This document shows, in pieces, positions 26,889-32,000 of a stretch of 32,000 nucleotides of DNA. The stretch comes from Candidatus Atelocyanobacterium thalassa isolate ALOHA (GTDB lineage Bacteria > Cyanobacteriota > Cyanobacteriia > Cyanobacteriales > Microcystaceae). The stretch lies in NCBI RefSeq assembly GCF_000025125.1, contig NC_013771.1:930001-962000 (forward strand), given 5' to 3'. The translations under genes were made by a program, and so were the position numbers. The notes below the pieces were generated by a model. It had not been told where the DNA came from and did not search any database. It saw only the letters and a program-made list of their open reading frames with translations. Position 1 is the stretch's first letter. Every line of letters starts with the position of its first letter.

Positions 26889-26938
26889 GATAGATGATAA
26901 AAAATTTCTTGCTAAAATAAAATTTTTTATCGACTATC
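26889..26938 (-). promoter_or_regulatory. Intercistronic stem-loop between ndhI and ndhG
   Basis: GATAG (26889-26893) and GATAAAAAATTT (26896-26907) pair with AAATTTTTTATC (26920-26931) and CTATC (26934-26938). The stem is 5+12 bp with a 2x2 internal loop and a 12-nt apical loop. It ends 3 nt from the ndhI stop. Confidence 0.4.
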
Positions 26939-26941
26939 ATT

Positions 26942-27535
26942 TTATTGAGATAAAGTTTCTGTTTCCTTGATAATATCTTCAGGCCGCTTACCTGCTCTAC
27001 GAGATCCTGATGGCAAATCATGAGGGTCAAGTACTTCCTTCGGTAAGTAAGCTAATTCCCTTAAGGGAGTAACCATTGGATCTTGTGTAACCTTGTAAGG
27101 TAATCTTCCAAGAGCTATACTGTCGTAATTTAATTCATGACGATCATAAGTAGCTAACTCATAATCTTCAGTCATGGATAAACAATTTGTAGGACAATAT
27201 TCCACACAATTACCACAAAAAATACAAACTCCAAAGTCTATACTATAGTCTTTAAGATCTTTCTTTTTGTTTTCTTTGTTGAACTGCCAATTAACTACAG
27301 GAAGATTAATTGGGCATGATCTAACACATACTTCACAAGCGATACATTTATCAAATTCATGATGAATTCTTCCTCTGTATCGTTCTGAAGGAATTAGTTT
27401 TTCATAAGGATACTGTACTGTAATAGGTCGACGACTCATATGATCGAATGTCACAGACAAACCTTGACCAATATATTTTGCCGCTTGAATTGTACTTTTA
27501 GCGTAGTCTCCTACTTGTTTAAGAACACTAAACAT
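26942..27535 (-). CDS. ndhI: NDH-1 subunit NdhI (NuoI), 2x[4Fe-4S]
   Basis: Two ferredoxin-type motifs, [12 protein letters not shown] and [12 protein letters not shown]; 197 aa. Confidence 0.96.
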   Translation of the reverse strand: MFSVLKQVGDYAKSTIQAAKYIGQGLSVTFDHMSRRPITVQYPYEKLIPSERYRGRIHHEFDKCIACEVCVRSCPINLPVVNWQFNKENKKKDLKDYSIDFGVCIFCGNCVEYCPTNCLSMTEDYELATYDRHELNYDSIALGRLPYKVTQDPMVTPLRELAYLPKEVLDPHDLPSGSRRAGKRPEDIIKETETLSQ

Positions 27536-27566
27536 ATGCTTTTCTCTACTTCTTTAACAATAAAAA

Positions 27567-28685
27567 TCAACCACCAAATGCAAATGGAAACACTAACTTA
27601 AAAGCTGCAGTTAAGAGTAGATTAACCAAAGATATCGGTAAAAGAAATTTCCATCCTAAATCTAATAATTGGTCAATACGTACACGAGGAACGGTCCATC
27701 TCATTAAGATAGCAAAAAAGACTAAGAGATATGCTTTCATGACAGTCATGAAAATTCCTACAGAGGCCATAATTATCTGTAACCAATAACTATTAGCATT
27801 AAGTCCTGACCATTCAGCTAATTTCTCAAGAGGAATAGGAAATCCCCAACCTCCCAAATATAGAACTGCGAAAATAAGAGCAGATAAAACCAAGTTAACG
27901 TAGGATCCTAGATAAAAAAGAGCGAATTTCATTCCAGAATACTCAGTTTGGTAACCAGCTACGATTTCTTCTTCAGCTTCAGGTAAATCAAAAGGGAGTC
28001 TCTCGCACTCTGCTAGTGCAGCAATCCAAAAAATTACAAACCCAAAAGGCTGTCTCCAAATATTCCATCCTAAAATACCGTACCCTGACTGTTGGTGTAC
28101 AATATCTATTGTACTCAAGCTATTAGACATCATGACAACTGCTAGTACAGAAAGAGCTAGAGGAATTTCATAGCTAATTGATTGTGCCGCTGCTCTCAAC
28201 CCTCCTAACAAAGAATACTTATTATTAGAAGCATAACCTGACATTAATAGTCCAATTGGAACGACACTAGATAAGGTTATCCAAAGAAAAATTCCAACAT
28301 TAAGATCAGCAACAATTAAATCTTCCCCGAAAGGAACAATTAAATAAGAAATAAAGACTGGAACAACTACTAGTATCGGACCAATAGTAAATAGCCAAGA
28401 ATCGGCCTTAGCTGGGATAATATCCTCTTTAAAGACTAATTTAATTCCATCAGCAACTGGCTGCAACACTCCTAGTGGCCCAGCATATTCTGGACCAATA
28501 CGTTGTTGAACGGCAGCAGAAATTTTTCTTTCTAACCAGACTACAACTAAAACACCTACCGTTGCTGCGATAATCATCAACAAAGATGGTAAAGGTATCC
28601 ACAAGGCTTTAGCTGCCCCGCTAGGAATCCCGAATTGTTTCAGGGATTCAATAAAATTCGTTTTTAGGTCAATTCCTGTGTTCAT
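27567..28685 (-). CDS. ndhA: NDH-1 subunit NdhA (NuoH)
   Basis: [77 protein letters not shown]. Confidence 0.97.
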   Translation of the reverse strand: MNTGIDLKTNFIESLKQFGIPSGAAKALWIPLPSLLMIIAATVGVLVVVWLERKISAAVQQRIGPEYAGPLGVLQPVADGIKLVFKEDIIPAKADSWLFTIGPILVVVPVFISYLIVPFGEDLIVADLNVGIFLWITLSSVVPIGLLMSGYASNNKYSLLGGLRAAAQSISYEIPLALSVLAVVMMSNSLSTIDIVHQQSGYGILGWNIWRQPFGFVIFWIAALAECERLPFDLPEAEEEIVAGYQTEYSGMKFALFYLGSYVNLVLSALIFAVLYLGGWGFPIPLEKLAEWSGLNANSYWLQIIMASVGIFMTVMKAYLLVFFAILMRWTVPRVRIDQLLDLGWKFLLPISLVNLLLTAAFKLVFPFAFGG

Positions 28686-29058
28686 TACATTCTAACGCTA
28701 TAAGTTAAGATTGCTAAGCCTCTTGCTTAGTATATCGTTGGACATGAGATAACCTTGCGAGCTTTATGGTTAATTCTTGAAAATCGAGCATAAATCTACA
28801 ATATCTAATTAAAACTTGATTTAATTATTTAGGACGATATAATTTTTTGTATTTTAAAGTACTAATATTAATCAATCAAATCTTTAGGGAAAGGAAAATA
28901 ACTTATCCTAGTATTTTAGTACAAGGCTAGTTGTAAATTCGCTATCTTACTACAGAATATTAAACATTGAGACTGTTTGCAAAACTTTACGTTATGCATG
29001 TAGTAATTTTATTTTAATATTCATAATTGAAAATTTGATGCTTTTTTAGAAATTTACC

Positions 29059-29985
29059 ATGAAGATTTTAATAACAGGTGCAACGGGATTTTTAGGAACT
29101 AGTTTATGCTCTTTACTCCAAAGCCAAGGTCATGACTTAGTTTCCTTGAATTCCAAGAATTGTGATTTAACAAGATCAGACTCATTATTAAAATTCAACA
29201 ATTTAGCCTATGATCAAGTTTATCACTTAGCAGCTTGGACACAAGCAGGAGACTTTTGTTTATATCATCCAGGTGAACAATGGATAATGAATCAAAAAAT
29301 GAATACAAATGTTTTAGACTGGTGGCAAAAATATCAACCTCAAGCAAAATTCATTTGTATGGGAACAAGTTGTGCCTATGACAACGACTTATCTTTAGTA
29401 GAAGAAAATTACCTAACAGGAACACCTATTAGTAGTTTATTTACTTATGCTATGACTAAAAGAATGCTTTATGCAGGTCTTTTGGCTCTAAATAAGCAAT
29501 ATTCCTTAAATTATTTATGTTTGGTCCCTTCAACTTTATATGGAGCTGGGTACCATACTGACGGCAGACAAATGCATTTTATTTTTGATCTAATCCGGAA
29601 AATAATTCGTGGAAAACTTTATAATGAACCCGTCATTCTTTGGGGAGATGGTACTCAGTCAAGAGAGTTAGTTTTTGTCGAAGATTTTGCTAAAATTGCT
29701 GTTAAATTAGCTCAATGTACCAATAATGAATTAATAAATATTGGTGCCGGCGAAGAATATACTATTCAACATTTTGCTAAATTAATTTGCAATCAAGTAG
29801 GATATGACTTTAATAAAATTCAGTTTGATTCTTCTCGATATGTAGGAGCAAAATCTAAATGTTTAGTGACTAATAAACTTAAACAATCTTTGCCTGATAA
29901 TGACTTGACTCCATTAGAATTAGGGTTAACAAAAACAATTGAGTGGTTCTGGCAGGAACAAGAAAAACTTGTTCCTATTTATTAA
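29059..29985 (+). CDS. Extended-SDR NDP-sugar epimerase/reductase (GDP-fucose-synthase/Fcl-like)
   Basis: GATGFLG Rossmann motif, catalytic MGTSCAY ... YAMTK (S, YxxxK); 308 aa. HLAAWTQAGD...NQKMNTNVL resembles Fcl-type enzymes more than HldD. Confidence 0.65.
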   Translation: MKILITGATGFLGTSLCSLLQSQGHDLVSLNSKNCDLTRSDSLLKFNNLAYDQVYHLAAWTQAGDFCLYHPGEQWIMNQKMNTNVLDWWQKYQPQAKFICMGTSCAYDNDLSLVEENYLTGTPISSLFTYAMTKRMLYAGLLALNKQYSLNYLCLVPSTLYGAGYHTDGRQMHFIFDLIRKIIRGKLYNEPVILWGDGTQSRELVFVEDFAKIAVKLAQCTNNELINIGAGEEYTIQHFAKLICNQVGYDFNKIQFDSSRYVGAKSKCLVTNKLKQSLPDNDLTPLELGLTKTIEWFWQEQEKLVPIY

Positions 29986-29999
29986 GAGAGGAAGGAACG

Positions 30000-30590
30000 G
30001 TGAACTATTGGATTCAACACAGACTAAATAACCTAGATAAAGCTTTTAACTCTAGGTATTGTAATGCTCTTGAAAATACTGTTGATTTAATTACAAAACA
30101 ATTTCAAGCAGGTAATAAATTATTGATTTGTGGTAATGGTGGTTCAGCAGCAGATGCTCAACATATTGCTGCTGAATTTGTAGGCAGGTTTCAACTGCAT
30201 CGTAGAGGACTGCCCGCCATAGCACTAGGTACTAATCCAGCTGTACTAACGGCATGGTCTAATGACTATGAATTCGAAACTATTTTTGCTCGTCAGGTAG
30301 AAGCTTTTGGAAAACCAGGAGATATTCTATGGGCGATTTCAACATCGGGTAAATCAGCCAATGTTATTCGTGCAATGGAAATAGCTAGAGAAATAGGACT
30401 AATTACAATTGGGATGGCTGGAAACGATGGAGGAGTATTAAAAGATTTAGCTGATTACCCTTTACTTGTTTCAGAATACCATACCCCGTATATTCAAGAG
30501 ATTCATTTAATTACTTATCATAGGATTTGTGAACAAGTTGAAGCTAAACTATTTGCAAAAACTGGTTTAGGGGCACAAATTGCAGTCTAA
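30000..30590 (+). CDS. gmhA: D-sedoheptulose-7-phosphate isomerase (SIS domain)
   Basis: LICGNGGSAADAQHIAAEFVGRF, ALGTNPAVLTAWSNDYEF, ISTSGKSANV. I place the start at GTG 30000 (VNYWIQ...), just downstream of GAGAGGAAGG. The track start at 29943 would overlap the upstream gene by 43 nt. Confidence 0.85.
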   Translation: MNYWIQHRLNNLDKAFNSRYCNALENTVDLITKQFQAGNKLLICGNGGSAADAQHIAAEFVGRFQLHRRGLPAIALGTNPAVLTAWSNDYEFETIFARQVEAFGKPGDILWAISTSGKSANVIRAMEIAREIGLITIGMAGNDGGVLKDLADYPLLVSEYHTPYIQEIHLITYHRICEQVEAKLFAKTGLGAQIAV

Positions 30591-30596
30591 ATCAAA

Positions 30597-31172
30597 ATGC
30601 TGGATAAAATAGCAACTTCTGATTCGTATATTTTCAAAAACCAAAAAGCTTTATTTCTAGATAGAGATGGAGTTGTTATTAAATACATACCTTATCTTTC
30701 TAAACCAGAACAAGTAGAGCTTCCTTTTGGCGCAGGGGAAGCTCTTAAACGATGGCAAGATAAAGGATATTTATTAATTTTAGTAACTAATCAAGCAGGT
30801 GTAGGAAGAGGCTACTACAACCTAGAGGATGTTACAGATGTACATAATTACATTTGTAAAGAATATAAAAAAAAATATGGAGTTAATTTCTACGACATTT
30901 TTATATGTCCTCATCATCCCAATGAGAAGTGCTTGTGTCGCAAACCTTCTCCTCAAATGTTGGTTGATGCGTCTATTAAATATAATATTTTACTATCTAA
31001 ATCATTTTTTATTGGAGATACACTTAGCGATGTAGAATCTGCACTAAATGCAGGTTGTAATCCCATTTTATTATTAACTGGTAAAGGGAAAGATTCCCTT
31101 AAAAGAATAGTTAAATATCCTCATAAAATTCAAGTTTTTAATAGCTTACAAGAGACTGTGAAAATAATATAA
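30597..31172 (+). CDS. gmhB: D-glycero-D-manno-heptose-1,7-bisphosphate phosphatase (HAD-IIIA)
   Basis: FLDRDGVV, VTNQAGVGRGYY, zinc motif CPHHPNEKCLCRKP, IGDTLSD. Confidence 0.85.
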   Translation: MLDKIATSDSYIFKNQKALFLDRDGVVIKYIPYLSKPEQVELPFGAGEALKRWQDKGYLLILVTNQAGVGRGYYNLEDVTDVHNYICKEYKKKYGVNFYDIFICPHHPNEKCLCRKPSPQMLVDASIKYNILLSKSFFIGDTLSDVESALNAGCNPILLLTGKGKDSLKRIVKYPHKIQVFNSLQETVKII

Positions 31173-31192
31173 TTTAGACAAGATACTCAAAT

Positions 31193-32000
31193 ATGAATCC
31201 AAATGAAGAGAGACATTTAACACCGATATTTATATCATTAGTTCCTAATTTAATGCAAGGTCAAGGACACATAATCCCCTATCATAAATCTGTAAGTGAG
31301 GCTGTCTCTCAACTAGGTTGGAAACATTTCGTTGCTGTACCTATTAATAATAAAGTCCATAATTTACCTATTAATTGGGATACATGCCTAAGTAACTATG
31401 ATTTAGAAAAAGAGGGGAGTTGGTATGATAAATTTCTTCATTTTCAAGAAATTTGGATATTAGGGAAAAAAATAGCTAATTATTTAAACAATAAAATCGC
31501 TGATCAATCAAGACCTCGTATCTTATTTATAGAAAGATTTATTCATCTACAACTTTTAGCTTTATTTCTAGCTTTACTACTAATCCCTACTAATAACTTA
31601 TCGGTTTGGCTGCTATATCGAAGAGATACTCATAAAGATAAGACTAGAATTATTTATAAGATCCTGAATTACCTTATTAAAATTAGAATAAAACCAGAGA
31701 AATTTAAACTTGTGACAGATAGCGACTTATTGAGTAAACAGCTATCGAAATATTTTGAAATACCTGTGAAAGTTTTTCCGATTCCTCATACCAAAGTCAA
31801 TTTATCTTCAAGTATTATAGATAATAAGTCTAAAATTTTATGTTGGTGGCCAGGGTTACCTAGAGAAGAAAAAGGCTGGCATATTATTCAAAAATTAGTC
31901 AGTTATTCTGGAGAAAATACAAAAAATATTTGCCTCATATGTTCAGAAAAAGCAAATCTACAGTCTACTAAAAATGGAGTTAATCTCGAATTAGTTAAAA
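31193..32000 (+). CDS. 3'-partial ORF (269 codons to the window edge), uncharacterised, possibly a GT-B-type glycosyltransferase
   Basis: Hand translation from ATG 31193 (MNPNEERHLTPIFISLVPNLMQGQGHIIPYHKS...WWPGLPREEKGWHIIQKL...) shows no stop codon to base 32000. It is absent from the ORF track because it has no stop. It starts 20 nt after gmhB on the same strand. Confidence 0.5.
   Translation, partial: MNPNEERHLTPIFISLVPNLMQGQGHIIPYHKSVSEAVSQLGWKHFVAVPINNKVHNLPINWDTCLSNYDLEKEGSWYDKFLHFQEIWILGKKIANYLNNKIADQSRPRILFIERFIHLQLLALFLALLLIPTNNLSVWLLYRRDTHKDKTRIIYKILNYLIKIRIKPEKFKLVTDSDLLSKQLSKYFEIPVKVFPIPHTKVNLSSSIIDNKSKILCWWPGLPREEKGWHIIQKLVSYSGENTKNICLICSEKANLQSTKNGVNLELVK

Noticed and set aside
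26683-27030. 115-aa minus-strand ORF and 71-aa plus-strand ORF spanning the ndhI-ndhG junction
   Set aside because: They overlap the clearly identified ndhG and ndhI genes and the structured spacer, and show no recognisable similarity.
29943-29999. Track start (ATG 29943) for gmhA, overlapping the SDR gene by 43 nt
   Set aside because: The extension (MVLAGTRKTCSYLLREEGT) has no counterpart in GmhA proteins. GTG 30000 follows a GAGAGGAAGG Shine-Dalgarno sequence and lies right after the upstream stop.

Overview
This is an AT-rich cyanobacterial chromosomal segment, roughly 30% G+C from hand counts of sampled lines. EF-Tu, NdhA/I/G/E, NblS/Hik33, Ycf30/RbcR and a Fed2-type ferredoxin look most like unicellular Cyanothece/Crocosphaera-type cyanobacteria. 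The compact, AT-biased layout suggests a streamlined genome, but the organism cannot be established without a database search.

Content in order:
- a 5'-partial RecJ homologue
- an ~8.3 kb envelope-glycosylation island: C-methyltransferase, GtrB/ArnC-like GT2, FkbM methyltransferase, a GT39/ArnT-like GT-C enzyme coupled to a second large membrane protein, and a GT26 WecG/TagA enzyme
- the str operon rpsL-rpsG-fusA-tufA with rpsJ attached
- an NnrU-family membrane protein, divergent from a Ycf30/RbcR LysR regulator
- a 122-aa 2Fe-2S ferredoxin, a MoeB-rhodanese fusion and the sensor kinase NblS/Hik33
- tRNA-Tyr and tRNA-Thr, recA, a Gfo/Idh/MocA oxidoreductase, tRNA-Val and a DUF2227-like membrane protein
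- the ndhA-ndhI-ndhG-ndhE operon
- a sugar-nucleotide module (Fcl-like SDR, gmhA, gmhB), followed by a 3'-partial ORF that is missing from the ORF track

I found no CRISPR array, transposase, phage gene, toxin-antitoxin pair or recognisable defence gene. Most of the window is core housekeeping, and I do not see an unambiguous novel system. The best candidates for follow-up are:
1. a full-length RecJ homologue in which every catalytic DHH/DHHA1 motif is substituted
2. the lipid-carrier-dependent glycosylation island, with two methyltransferases and an uncharacterised 723-aa membrane protein
3. the heptose-type sugar module plus an unknown GT-B-like ORF
4. a set of unusually long perfect AT-rich hairpins at gene 3' ends, two of which contain the stop codon
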